A stretch of DNA of 64,000 nt from the sequence record MT701590.1. One strand, given 5' to 3'. The DNA is from Klebsiella phage Miami. The notes beneath the pieces were generated by a model. The model worked only from the letters and a program-made list of their open reading frames with translations. It made no database searches and was not told the origin of the DNA. Positions 17,086 through 26,628 of the stretch are shown here, piece by piece. The translations under genes were made by a program, and so were the position numbers. Numbering within the stretch: the first letter of the stretch is position 1; the number at the start of each line of letters is the position of its first letter.

Positions 17086-17883
17086 ATGACAGACCAATGT
17101 GAGTGGAAAGACGTTTATGTGACAGGCTGCAATCATGTAAATGATAAGATCATGTTAAAATATCGCCCTCAGTTTAGTACGATGGAAGAACATGATAATG
17201 AAACCTGGGGTCTTCTCGACCAAGTCCCAGAAGATAAAATCGTTATCTTCTTAGGTGACAACTTCCTCAGTCCAGAAAGTCTAATAAGACTAAAACAGTA
17301 TAAGTTTTACAAAGTCCACGTACTCGGTAACCACGATCTCCAAAACGGAGTGAATATAAAAATGATTACCGACGTGATGGATGAAGTCCATGGCAGCATT
17401 AAAATGGACGGGATATGGTTCTCGCACATCCCGATGCATAAACACGCTTTAGGGCATGGTTATATTAACATCCACGCTCACATGCATACCGACACGTTAT
17501 ACGACGATCGTTACGTCAACGTAAGTATGGAGGCGACTAATTATCGTTTATTCTCTGTCGATGAAATACTGAACGGCAAGTACGTTCCTTTTTCCTTCCT
17601 CCCTAAAGGAAAAACAGAATCCTTAGATTTAACTGTCCCGATAAACGTTACTCGGTTTATTCTCGACGAAGAGATCTTTGATCAGGAAGGCAACTTGGTC
17701 GCAGAAATTAAATCAGTTGACGCCAGCCGCCCAATGAAGATAGACGTGAATATAAAAATGTTGCTTAGTGAATTTAAAGCGCATTTTAAATCACCTACCC
17801 AGTTCAAATTCGTCGCAGGTAGGGGGGAGGTTCACTCTAAAATTGTTTTCAACAAAATATCAACTCAGGAGTTATCATCGTGA
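17086..17883 (+). CDS. calcineurin-like metallophosphoesterase (paralog of 2633..3166)
   Basis: YRPQF, LGDNF, GNHD, INIHAHMH, RYVNVSMEATNYRLF, DEIL align with the first paralog; MPP motif I is degenerate (TGCNHVND). Confidence 0.65.
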   Translation: MTDQCEWKDVYVTGCNHVNDKIMLKYRPQFSTMEEHDNETWGLLDQVPEDKIVIFLGDNFLSPESLIRLKQYKFYKVHVLGNHDLQNGVNIKMITDVMDEVHGSIKMDGIWFSHIPMHKHALGHGYINIHAHMHTDTLYDDRYVNVSMEATNYRLFSVDEILNGKYVPFSFLPKGKTESLDLTVPINVTRFILDEEIFDQEGNLVAEIKSVDASRPMKIDVNIKMLLSEFKAHFKSPTQFKFVAGRGEVHSKIVFNKISTQELSS

Positions 17884-18236
17884 AAGAGGAAAGATTACTG
17901 CAGCTCATTGCTTCTTCTAAAGTTCTCGAAGTCGTCACAATCACCCATAAAGAACTCCTGGAAATTGCAGAGTGTCGGATTCAGGTAAAAACCTTTTATC
18001 CCGACATTGTTGATCGTTACCTCGGTTATCTCAAAAACTCTCCTGAACTAGGTACGGGTAAAACCAAAACGTCGCATCTCATCTGGATGCTGGAGAGTAT
18101 AAGGGATAATTCTGAAATGTCCCTTACTAAGAAACATCGTTGGTTGGGATACATTCAAGGTATTATGGTTTCTCACGGTATTCTTGATGTAGACGAAGAA
18201 CGTGACAGCACCAGAGAGATTTTCAGGGGATTGTGA
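17880..18236 (+). CDS. hypothetical protein
   Basis: 118-aa overlap-coupled ORF. Confidence 0.4.
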   Translation: MKEERLLQLIASSKVLEVVTITHKELLEIAECRIQVKTFYPDIVDRYLGYLKNSPELGTGKTKTSHLIWMLESIRDNSEMSLTKKHRWLGYIQGIMVSHGILDVDEERDSTREIFRGL

Positions 18237-18296
18237 TGACCAAGAACGGTGCGGGTAAACAACTTTACGTAAAACTTAATAACCTGGGGAAATAAA

Positions 18297-18890
18297 ATGG
18301 CGAATATTGAATTAATAAAGCAAACCAACGAAGAGGCGTTCAGTAATCCGCTTCCTGGCGATCTCTGGCACGAGATGTTTAACGAACAGCTCCGGGTCAT
18401 TAAGGTTAATGACGACGGGTCCTTATTTATCAGATACTCCCCATCTGGAATAAACCAGATCTTGAAGATTAATCGCTCGCAGTTCGCCCTTATGTTAAAG
18501 TACAAACATAATGATAATTTTTGTCTTGACGTGATAAGGGGCAAGAGTGTTTTCGATCTCCCAAGAAAGATCAGTAACGGTTTATTCGTTAAATTTGAAG
18601 ACAGCGGTTTAAGCTGCCGGGTAGTGGAGATCTTTAAAGACGTTTACGTTGTTGCAGACGCTAGCGCGCTGACTAACCTTTGCCTGGAAGTTGGGATGAA
18701 GAAGCCGTTAGTTCCCGATAATTTGCGTTATCCTTTAATCGTTCATCTTGGCGGGGTAGGTCAAGCCGATGAGTTACTAAAAGAAACCTCTCTAGCAAAA
18801 ATTAATCGCATCTTTGACTCGGTCAATTACAATAACTCGGTCAAAACGATTTACGGCTATAATCACTGGTTGGTATTCCGTAATTTTTAA
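18297..18890 (+). CDS. hypothetical protein
   Basis: 197-aa ORF. Confidence 0.45.
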   Translation: MANIELIKQTNEEAFSNPLPGDLWHEMFNEQLRVIKVNDDGSLFIRYSPSGINQILKINRSQFALMLKYKHNDNFCLDVIRGKSVFDLPRKISNGLFVKFEDSGLSCRVVEIFKDVYVVADASALTNLCLEVGMKKPLVPDNLRYPLIVHLGGVGQADELLKETSLAKINRIFDSVNYNNSVKTIYGYNHWLVFRNF

Positions 18891-18899
18891 GGATTCTAA

Positions 18900-19337
18900 A
18901 TGAGCTTACGCGCTTTGTATTGTGGTGGTGTCGTTAAAAATGGAATAGTGGCTTGGGGTAACCATATCCCGGTCACTCATCGAGAAACTTTCCTTCAATT
19001 TAAATTTCAACTCAAAGGATGTAAATCGGCTGGGTTCTTAGGGGACGAAGAAGGGTATTTGAAAATTTATGGTAAGAGTATTAGTCTCGGTATCGAGGCT
19101 AACGATTTTACTAATAAACGAATCAGGGCGGGTCAAGACAACTACCGGTTCTTCCGTTGCATGGTGACCGTAGGTAACTACGAATTCCCGTTATTATTTT
19201 GCGGAACTTACGAACCCGAGTTCTTTGAGTTACGTAAGGAAATCACCAGAGACGAGCTTGGCGATGCGTTGAGTCAGCTCGAACAACTGGGCTGCAATTA
19301 TGTCAGCAACGATCGCAGAACCGTTAACTGGCTTTAG
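18900..19337 (+). CDS. hypothetical protein
   Basis: 145-aa ORF. Confidence 0.45.
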   Translation: MSLRALYCGGVVKNGIVAWGNHIPVTHRETFLQFKFQLKGCKSAGFLGDEEGYLKIYGKSISLGIEANDFTNKRIRAGQDNYRFFRCMVTVGNYEFPLLFCGTYEPEFFELRKEITRDELGDALSQLEQLGCNYVSNDRRTVNWL

Positions 19338-19346
19338 GAAAATGAA

Positions 19347-20570
19347 ATGTTCGAATATCTCATTCAGATAAATCAGGTTCTCTCTTCTGTTCCTATTATC
19401 GGTGGGAGTTTAGCGGTAGCCTTAGGCGGCGGGATCATTGCCGCCTTCTGGAAAGGTCCAGCGTTACTCTCGAGGATTTTTAACTCCACTGTTGTGGTTT
19501 CCTTCACTCTTAATAACTCAGGGTGGGGCAATAATACCAAGCACTACATTGCGTTTATTAAATGGTTTAACCGTTCAGATATTCTTAAGATAACGCGATC
19601 TACTGGTTACGAGGCCGTTTACGACAGCTCTGGTAAAGGGCCTAGTGTCGGCAGTCATTTATTTCGATTTAAGAATAAATGGTACTATCTCAAAATCAAA
19701 GAACTCCCTTCTACGGGAAGCGAGCGTGAGAAGAAAGAGATATGTATAAAGACGTTAGGGTGTTCTGTCAGCATTTTCGACGATCTCTTCGAGGCCTTTA
19801 AGGATAAGACAGATGACGACGGAGAACTCAAAGTAAAACGGTTCAGGGACAATCACTGGTACGACGCCTGTCTTCTCAGCAGGAGGTCGTGGGATACCGT
19901 CATCTTAAACAAAGAAAAGAAGGTGGAAATAGTCGAACTCATCGAAGAGTTTTACGCGTCGAGGGAGTGGTACCGAGAAAGAGGAATACCGTATAAACTC
20001 GTTATTGTATTGTACGGCCCGGCTGGGACGGGTAAGAGTACCGTTATCAAAGCGTTAGCACGCCTGTTTAACAAAAACCTTAACCTCATTTATCTTCACC
20101 AAATGACGGATAACACCTTCCCGGCCAGCATAGAGACGGTAGAGCAAGATTCTTTTATTGCCATAGAGGATTTTGATACGGTTTCTTCTATAGGGTCGAG
20201 GACCAAACCTAAGGAGGAGAAAGATCCGTTCCAAATAGACCTTTCAGACGGAGGATTAAACCTGACCACTGTTTTAAATACATTGGATGGGATCGCTGAA
20301 TTGAACGGTCAGGTCATCTTTATGTCCACCAATCATCTTGAAAAGATCGATAGTGCGCTGATTCGAACCGGTAGGGTAGATGCAAAAATCCATATCGGGT
20401 TTTTAGGTAAAGAAGAGGTCGGAGACTTCATTCAGATGATGTATCCCGGAACGGAAGCTGATTTGGATTTTGTTACAGAAATCTCTGGGTCGGATCTTCA
20501 GTCGTATGCGTTAGCCAACAAAAGAAATTCGGAAGGTTTCTTAAAAGAGCTTAAGGACCATTTTAAATAA
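19347..20570 (+). CDS. membrane-anchored AAA+ ATPase, BCS1-like
   Basis: N-terminal TM (VPIIGGSLAVALGGGIIAAFW); Walker A GPAGTGKST; Walker B IAIEDFD; sensor ALIRTGRVD. Confidence 0.75.
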   Translation: MFEYLIQINQVLSSVPIIGGSLAVALGGGIIAAFWKGPALLSRIFNSTVVVSFTLNNSGWGNNTKHYIAFIKWFNRSDILKITRSTGYEAVYDSSGKGPSVGSHLFRFKNKWYYLKIKELPSTGSEREKKEICIKTLGCSVSIFDDLFEAFKDKTDDDGELKVKRFRDNHWYDACLLSRRSWDTVILNKEKKVEIVELIEEFYASREWYRERGIPYKLVIVLYGPAGTGKSTVIKALARLFNKNLNLIYLHQMTDNTFPASIETVEQDSFIAIEDFDTVSSIGSRTKPKEEKDPFQIDLSDGGLNLTTVLNTLDGIAELNGQVIFMSTNHLEKIDSALIRTGRVDAKIHIGFLGKEEVGDFIQMMYPGTEADLDFVTEISGSDLQSYALANKRNSEGFLKELKDHFK

Positions 20571-20594
20571 CCTTTTATTTTAGGACAAACATCG

Positions 20595-21149
20595 ATGATT
20601 TTACAAGCAGTTAGCGTCGGTGGTAAGAAAACCACCATAGAAATAGAAGAAGGGCTTGTTAATGTTTGGCTGTTAGCTAAGCACGACGTCTTCTTACAAA
20701 ACTTACCTCCTCTGGTTTGTCATGCGTTGATTAAAGAACATATCGAACGCAATATTACCCGTCGACCCGACATTCCTTTAACAGCCCAAGTACGCGAGCT
20801 GATGTACCGTGATATTACCATTAAGCTCAACGGTAAACCAAACTCGGTCATTCCCGTAATTAAAGTAAGGCCGAGTAAAACCAGAAACCAGCTGAACCGA
20901 ATCGTCAAAGAGTACTTCACGGTAAACAGCATGGAGTTCGATAAGAAACTCACTGTTGGGGAAATGCGTAAATTGGAGAAATACCTCCTTTCTTTTTACA
21001 AAGAACCTGTGGAGATCCACAAGAAAGAATTCCCTAATGGGGTTTATAAACTCACCGGCGTGGAATACGAAAATGAGCGGTTTGAAATAACCTTCTCTGA
21101 CGATTTCTTCTTCGCCTTATTTAAAGGACCTGAATACCGTGTTCAATAA
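20595..21149 (+). CDS. hypothetical protein
   Basis: 184-aa ORF. Confidence 0.45.
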   Translation: MILQAVSVGGKKTTIEIEEGLVNVWLLAKHDVFLQNLPPLVCHALIKEHIERNITRRPDIPLTAQVRELMYRDITIKLNGKPNSVIPVIKVRPSKTRNQLNRIVKEYFTVNSMEFDKKLTVGEMRKLEKYLLSFYKEPVEIHKKEFPNGVYKLTGVEYENERFEITFSDDFFFALFKGPEYRVQ

Positions 21150-21558
21150 TGTCATTTTATTTGTCTATGACGACAGCGAGCTCGCCACCCAGTACACCGT
21201 GGCTAATAAAGGTGGGGCAAGAAGATTAACAACCCCAGGTCACAGTGTTCTCTTATCTGACGTCAAAGACAGAGTGGGGAAAAGCAGTTTCCATAACAGC
21301 ATTGTGGTATTTCTACGAGGAGGGGTTTTCTTTGTTTTCATGTGCGGGTCCGTTCTATACGGATTGGTGGGTGATCTCGATCACCTTCTGGATCACTTGT
21401 TGAAGATCAGGGACGAACTCAATACTCGGGCAGACATACGCAATCGGACAATACTGCATATCTCCGAGGCAGGGTTCGGGCGGTACGACATCATTCCGAC
21501 CATCGATCCCGTCGCGCACAAGGCATTGGCCGATTACCAAAATAATAAATTATTCTAA
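21139..21558 (+). CDS. hypothetical protein
   Basis: 139-aa ORF ending at a strong terminator. Confidence 0.4.
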   Translation: MFNNVILFVYDDSELATQYTVANKGGARRLTTPGHSVLLSDVKDRVGKSSFHNSIVVFLRGGVFFVFMCGSVLYGLVGDLDHLLDHLLKIRDELNTRADIRNRTILHISEAGFGRYDIIPTIDPVAHKALADYQNNKLF

Positions 21559-21561
21559 CAG

Positions 21562-21607
21562 TTACTGGAGTGGGGATGACCCCACTCCAGTAAGTTATTT
21601 TTTTTTT
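21562..21607 (+). terminator. strong intrinsic terminator (TTACTGGAGTGGGG-atga-CCCCACTCCAGTAA plus T10)
   Basis: 14-bp perfect stem followed by a long T run. Confidence 0.8.
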
Positions 21608-21674
21608 CATATTATTTTAAAACTATATTACCTAAACGTATAGACGACTTCTTTTATTTAACTGGAGTAGTAAA

Positions 21675-21923
21675 ATGATTTATTTCGATTTAGATTTTTT
21701 ACTCGGGTCAAAAATCACGAAAGAAGAATTTAAGGAGCTATTTCCGGATGCAGATCCGGACCATCTATCCTGTTCCTCTACCGAGGAGGAAATTGATTTC
21801 GAAAATGCTTTTTGTGCGGAAGATCCTTATGATTCGGAAATCCTTCACCGATCCGTACCCATAATCGAAGGATCAAAATCAGATTTAATTTCGTCATACA
21901 AATTAGCGGAGGATGAGATATGA
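21675..21923 (+). CDS. small acidic protein
   Basis: 82 aa, Asp/Glu rich; overlaps downstream nucleotidyltransferase gene by 4 nt. Confidence 0.4.
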   Translation: MIYFDLDFLLGSKITKEEFKELFPDADPDHLSCSSTEEEIDFENAFCAEDPYDSEILHRSVPIIEGSKSDLISSYKLAEDEI

Positions 21924-22912
21924 TTATTGCTTTAAAAACGTTTGTTGGTAGTAAACTGTTTGGATTAGAAACAGAGAATTCGGATACGGATATAAAGGGA
22001 ATTTATATTCCTTCTGCTAAGGATATTCTCTTACATCGTTATCACCCTGTGATCGATAAATCTTCTAATAAGGGGACTTATCGAGCCAACAAGCCGGAAG
22101 ATACAGATGAAGTCTATTTCTCTTTGGACAAATTTATCGAGCTTCTCATAAAAGCCGATACAACAGCTTTCGATATGCTGCACGCACCAGAAAGCAAAAT
22201 CCTCATCTCCACTGACATTCATCATGAGCTTTGGAGAAACCGGTCCAAGTTTTATACTAGCCGATTGGATGGTCTGTTCGGGCAGGTTATTACCGAAGCG
22301 AATACTTACGGTGTTCGGAGTATGCGAGCCGCCGCTTTAAAAGAGGTCGTTGAAATCGTTTCTTCGTGGGATGATTTTAAATTGTCGGGCTGCAGATTGG
22401 GTGGACTGATTTCTCAGCTCCCAGTCGATAACGTGTACACGCGTATAACGCGGGATGAGACACAGAGGGCCGGGTGTCAGGATTTCTATGAAATTCTAGA
22501 TCGTAAATTTCAGTACACCATCTCGGCTTTGAAATTCAAAACTGCTATTCTGGAATTATGGTCCTCCTACGGAGAAAGGGTTAAGAAGGTGGAGTTATCT
22601 GGGGGTAATGATTGGAAGGCGTTAAGCCATGCTTTCAGAATCGGATATCAGCTGTTAGATATCTATCGAGAGGGCGATTACACCTTCCCTTTAAAGCAAA
22701 GCTCTACGATTATGAAAATTAAACTCGGGGAGGTTTCAGAAGAAGAATCAAGAGAAATGCTGAATCAACTCATTTCCGATGTTAAAACTGCAGCAGGTAA
22801 ATCCGGACTTCCTACTGAAATCGATCCAGAGCCATGGTACGATTGGGTGGCAGACGTTTACGCCGGGGTAGTTAAGAAAGCTTATTTACCTAAGGGGTTT
22901 AGATTATCATGA
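21920..22912 (+). CDS. Pol-beta-superfamily nucleotidyltransferase (PF10127-like)
   Basis: N-terminal FVGSKLFGLETENSDTDIKGIYIP matches the GS..YGL.TP.SD.D..G signature of predicted nucleotidyltransferases. Confidence 0.45.
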   Translation: MIIALKTFVGSKLFGLETENSDTDIKGIYIPSAKDILLHRYHPVIDKSSNKGTYRANKPEDTDEVYFSLDKFIELLIKADTTAFDMLHAPESKILISTDIHHELWRNRSKFYTSRLDGLFGQVITEANTYGVRSMRAAALKEVVEIVSSWDDFKLSGCRLGGLISQLPVDNVYTRITRDETQRAGCQDFYEILDRKFQYTISALKFKTAILELWSSYGERVKKVELSGGNDWKALSHAFRIGYQLLDIYREGDYTFPLKQSSTIMKIKLGEVSEEESREMLNQLISDVKTAAGKSGLPTEIDPEPWYDWVADVYAGVVKKAYLPKGFRLS

Positions 22913-23091
22913 CATCAGCAATGATTTTAGGAAGTTGTTTTGTGGTAGGGGGTTTTATCTTCCTTTACGTCTTAATCAGAATCTTAATTAAGAACAGCTT
23001 AGATGCCTTTGACAAAATGTTCGTTGCTGGGGCTGGGTTAACTGCCGTTGGGCTTATTATATTTTCTTGCGGTCTAATCCAAGGAGTCTGA
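22909..23091 (+). CDS. small TM protein
   Basis: 60-aa hydrophobic ORF, overlap-coupled. Confidence 0.35.
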   Translation: MTSAMILGSCFVVGGFIFLYVLIRILIKNSLDAFDKMFVAGAGLTAVGLIIFSCGLIQGV

Positions 23092-23115
23092 CACGCAAGA
23101 TCTGGAGGAGTAACA

Positions 23116-23382
23116 ATGAAATATTTTTTAGGGTTATTAGTTTTGTGTTGTGGTTTGTCTTATGCGAAAAATTCTACAGTAACCGGGAGTTGCGTTGCGA
23201 TGGATCATTACGAAAAGACGGTCTATCAGTGCAGCGATGGAACGGTAACCGTCATGGACCAAGACAACGCGACCATTTGTCGTCCTAATGATTCTGCTGT
23301 AACTGGAGGTGCTCAGCGCTGCTACCGGGTGGATTTAAAAACCGGGGAATCGCATGAAATGGAAAAAGGAGTTAACAAATGA
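23116..23382 (+). CDS. secreted Cys-rich small protein
   Basis: Signal peptide MKYFLGLLVLCCGLSYA; six Cys. Confidence 0.45.
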   Translation: MKYFLGLLVLCCGLSYAKNSTVTGSCVAMDHYEKTVYQCSDGTVTVMDQDNATICRPNDSAVTGGAQRCYRVDLKTGESHEMEKGVNK

Positions 23383-23591
23383 TCGATTTCTTTTTCGCTC
23401 CGGTTTCTAAGGGATGGTTTATCGTTCAGGTCATGTGCACGGTTTACGTTTTACTAAAATGTGTAACGTCCTATATCGACTACTGCAAGAACCCGAATAA
23501 AACTGATCTGATCATTTATTGGATTCAGGCGGGACTCGGGATAATCGTAACAACAAAAACGATTTGCTTCTTGGCGGCTGGGAGTTTCTAA
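23379..23591 (+). CDS. small TM protein
   Basis: 70 aa, two hydrophobic helices. Confidence 0.35.
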   Translation: MIDFFFAPVSKGWFIVQVMCTVYVLLKCVTSYIDYCKNPNKTDLIIYWIQAGLGIIVTTKTICFLAAGSF

Positions 23592-23906
23592 ATGAAAAGT
23601 GTTCCTGAGTTAAGTAAATTGAACGATGTTTACGCTTGGGTCCGTCGTATAAACGAACACTACCCCAGACTGTGGGTAGAGGGTTATATGGTGATCGGTA
23701 ATATAAACCGGCCGGTTTTATTCTCAACCTTCGCAGATCTTAGTTGTCTCCATGCCGTATGGGATCGGGAGTTCGCCGGTAAAGAATTCTTTTTAGAGGA
23801 TAAACTGGTGTTAAGGGTGAAATGTTCCCAGTCAACCAGGGATAAACTCAGACGCTTGAAAATCCACAGTACCCTGGAGGTTCCTTTGGTATGGAACATG
23901 AATTAA
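23592..23906 (+). CDS. hypothetical protein
   Basis: 104-aa ORF. Confidence 0.4.
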   Translation: MKSVPELSKLNDVYAWVRRINEHYPRLWVEGYMVIGNINRPVLFSTFADLSCLHAVWDREFAGKEFFLEDKLVLRVKCSQSTRDKLRRLKIHSTLEVPLVWNMN

Positions 23907-24229
23907 AAATAGCTTTAGCGAGTTACGGAAGATTAACTATATTAAACCCACTCAGGGGGATCATAGGCCATTTTGTCCCAAGATTAATAGTAGAGTGGTC
24001 AGTAGAAGAAAGAACGCTCAGATTCCGTCCTAGCGGCACTGAGGGGAATAAGTATTATAAAGGGTTTATTAAGTTAAGTCCTACCGCATGCGTCCATTTA
24101 ATAGCGCCTATTCTTAGAAAAGCAGAATACGGTAAAAAGATGGATAATCCAGATATCGTTGAAGTTCTCGGGCATACTGTCACGATCAAAGTCAAAGAAC
24201 AAGACGGCTGGTATTGCGCACAATTTTAA
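23891..24229 (+). CDS. hypothetical protein
   Basis: 112-aa ORF. Confidence 0.4.
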   Translation: MEHELKIALASYGRLTILNPLRGIIGHFVPRLIVEWSVEERTLRFRPSGTEGNKYYKGFIKLSPTACVHLIAPILRKAEYGKKMDNPDIVEVLGHTVTIKVKEQDGWYCAQF

Positions 24230-24256
24230 CTCGAGTATCAATTTAGGAAAAATATC

Positions 24257-24706
24257 ATGCAATTAGATAACATTTGGTTTTTCGGCATAGACGCAGAAGA
24301 TCTAGAAAATTTTAAAGCGATCTTTACCGTAGAAGGGTTAAAGGAACCCTTCGATTTTAATTTCATTCCCTTCACCATTTCGCCTCAGTCGATGGTCGCT
24401 CACACTAAAGAACTGACGATCACGCTTTACCCCGTTAAAGAGAAAATTTTATTAAATGGTAAAGTAGAACAAACGATCTTTAAAGGTTCCGACGGAAGGT
24501 TGTATTTTAACCTGGGTTCGATTATCCAGGTGATGAATAGTCAAATAGCCGCCTTTGTAGCCAAATCCTTTTCTGGGTTTAATAAACTGGGCTGGTTTAT
24601 TAAAGAGATCGACGGAAGTTTTATCCTATTCAACGTCCAGAGCTTCAGTGACGAGGGGTTGATTAAACTGTATCGATCCTCTAGCGTAACCGATAGCTCT
24701 AATTAA
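24257..24706 (+). CDS. hypothetical protein
   Basis: 149-aa ORF with the TTTAGGAAAAATATCATG signature. Confidence 0.45.
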   Translation: MQLDNIWFFGIDAEDLENFKAIFTVEGLKEPFDFNFIPFTISPQSMVAHTKELTITLYPVKEKILLNGKVEQTIFKGSDGRLYFNLGSIIQVMNSQIAAFVAKSFSGFNKLGWFIKEIDGSFILFNVQSFSDEGLIKLYRSSSVTDSSN

Positions 24707-24715
24707 GGAAACCTT

Positions 24716-24907
24716 ATGGTAATCTCAAACGCTGTTATCGTGTTGGTGGTTTGGCTCACCGTTATCCCTCTCCTAATCTGGGAGACGCGTAACGACGGTT
24801 ACAAGCCGTTGAAGCGCTATATCTTCATCGTCATATGGCCTATCTCTGCGGTAGGGATATTTTTACATATCGTCTGGCAACTCCTGAAATATAAAGGATG
24901 GAAATAA
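24716..24907 (+). CDS. small TM protein
   Basis: 63 aa, hydrophobic. Confidence 0.35.
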   Translation: MVISNAVIVLVVWLTVIPLLIWETRNDGYKPLKRYIFIVIWPISAVGIFLHIVWQLLKYKGWK

Positions 24908-25254
24908 TGGGAATATTCTACGCCGGATTAATCCTTATTACCGGCCTTTTATTCGGGGTGGGATACTTGCTCTTTAAAAAGAGAAAAGACCCGCAGCTGG
25001 TATACTGGGACGACTGGATAAAACTTCATTGGAAGAAGTTTTTAATTGTCTTAATGATCTCGCTGGGTGTTTATACTCTAATTTGTATCAAGCCCCTTTA
25101 CCACACAACCAAATGTTACTTCTACGGTAAAACGTATAAGACATACACCGAATACAGTTGGATTCTTGGTGAGTGTTTGTATAAAGGTAAGACGGGGGCG
25201 ATGTTGCCTTTGCAGATCACTCGGGATAATCCAGACGGAGACGTCGAGGAGTAG
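24898..25254 (+). CDS. membrane protein
   Basis: 118 aa, two TM segments. Confidence 0.4.
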   Translation: MEIMGIFYAGLILITGLLFGVGYLLFKKRKDPQLVYWDDWIKLHWKKFLIVLMISLGVYTLICIKPLYHTTKCYFYGKTYKTYTEYSWILGECLYKGKTGAMLPLQITRDNPDGDVEE

Positions 25255-25257
25255 AAC

Positions 25258-25695
25258 ATGATTTGGGTAAAACAAGCCTGTTCGTTATGGTACGAAAAAA
25301 GAACATTGAAGGACTGGGGTGAGATCCTCACTTTTATTAGTATGTTCTGTCTGATTGTAACACTATGTGCAAGTTTTGCAACTAGTTCTGTTCTTTGGCT
25401 AACATTGTGTGCGATCAATATAGTGCTGATGATTTCTTTAGGGCCTTTGTTCGACTGGTTACACAAAAACAAATCCACGATCGTAATGAGGGTAGAACGC
25501 GAAAGGATGTTAAAAGATCCTTTCGATAGCATGATCCATGCTTATCTGGAAACAGACGGTGCTGATATTGAAGAACTGTTGGACGTACTGCGAATGGATT
25601 CGTTTACGTTACACAATCAAATTAAAAACACGGAGCTTAAAAGTAGGGTGTCTGACGCTATCGCCAAGATGCACCGAAAACAAAGCTCAAATTAA
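25258..25695 (+). CDS. membrane protein
   Basis: 145 aa, two TM segments. Confidence 0.4.
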   Translation: MIWVKQACSLWYEKRTLKDWGEILTFISMFCLIVTLCASFATSSVLWLTLCAINIVLMISLGPLFDWLHKNKSTIVMRVERERMLKDPFDSMIHAYLETDGADIEELLDVLRMDSFTLHNQIKNTELKSRVSDAIAKMHRKQSSN

Positions 25696-25707
25696 TTAGG
25701 AAAACAA

Positions 25708-26571
25708 ATGAAAACAGCAGAACAACAGTATTTGGATTTAGGGTTTCGCATTGTCGAAGAAGGTGTGTGGGTAGAAAACAAACGAACCGGCGTTCGTTGT
25801 CTAACTGTGGCCAATGAAACTCTTCATTACGACGTGGAAAACGGGTTGACTCCTGTTCTCTCCACCCGCCCCGTCCCTTATAAAGGAGGGTTAGGGGAGT
25901 CCATCGCTTACTTGCAAGGGAAAGGGAACGCCGCTGAATTCCGTGAGTTGGGTTCCAACACCTGGAACTCTAATGCCAACGAGAACGAAGCCTGGCTGAA
26001 CAATCCTAACCGTAAAGGCGAGGATGACATGGGTCGGGTCTATGGCGTTCAAGGACGTGATTGGACTAACCAATTCGGCGCTAAGTTAGACCAGCTGAAG
26101 AAAATCATCGACAACCTTAATCGAGGAATTGATGATCGCGGAGAGATTCTGACTTTCTGGAATCCCGGGGAATTTGAATATGGGTGTTTGCGTCCTTGTA
26201 TGCACACGCACCAGTTTACCCTACTCGGCAATAAACTCCACCTCACCTCGGTGCAAAGAAGCTTCGATTGGGCGTTAGGTGGGCCGGCAAATATGCTTCA
26301 ATGTTATTTCTTCTTACAGTTGATGGCTCAGGTCACGGGACATACCGCCGGTCAGGTCACTCATCACGTGGTCAACGCGCATATCTACGAGAACCAGCTG
26401 GAGTTGGCTAAAGAGCAACTCAAAAGAACTCCTCACCGAACAGATACTCAGTTCTGGGTTAATCCAAATATCCGCACCCTGGAAGATATCGATAAGATGA
26501 CCAAGAACGACGTCAAACTTATCGGTTACTTCAGCGACTACGACCCGATCAAATATCCGTTTACGGTGTAA
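25708..26571 (+). CDS. thyA: thymidylate synthase (ThyA family)
   Basis: LRPCMHTHQF (catalytic Cys), QRSFDWALGGPANM, LMAQVTGH, HHVVNAHIYENQ match ThyA motifs. Confidence 0.85.
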   Translation: MKTAEQQYLDLGFRIVEEGVWVENKRTGVRCLTVANETLHYDVENGLTPVLSTRPVPYKGGLGESIAYLQGKGNAAEFRELGSNTWNSNANENEAWLNNPNRKGEDDMGRVYGVQGRDWTNQFGAKLDQLKKIIDNLNRGIDDRGEILTFWNPGEFEYGCLRPCMHTHQFTLLGNKLHLTSVQRSFDWALGGPANMLQCYFFLQLMAQVTGHTAGQVTHHVVNAHIYENQLELAKEQLKRTPHRTDTQFWVNPNIRTLEDIDKMTKNDVKLIGYFSDYDPIKYPFTV

Positions 26572-26590
26572 CTCGCAATAAAACAAAAAC

Positions 26591-26622
26591 TTTATCCTAC
26601 CTGGATTCCCAGGTAGGATAAA
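26591..26622. terminator. bidirectional terminator (TTTATCCTACCTGG-attc-CCAGGTAGGATAAA)
   Basis: 14-bp stem between convergent genes, A-rich and T-rich flanks on both sides. Confidence 0.7.
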
Positions 26623-26628
26623 TAAAGT

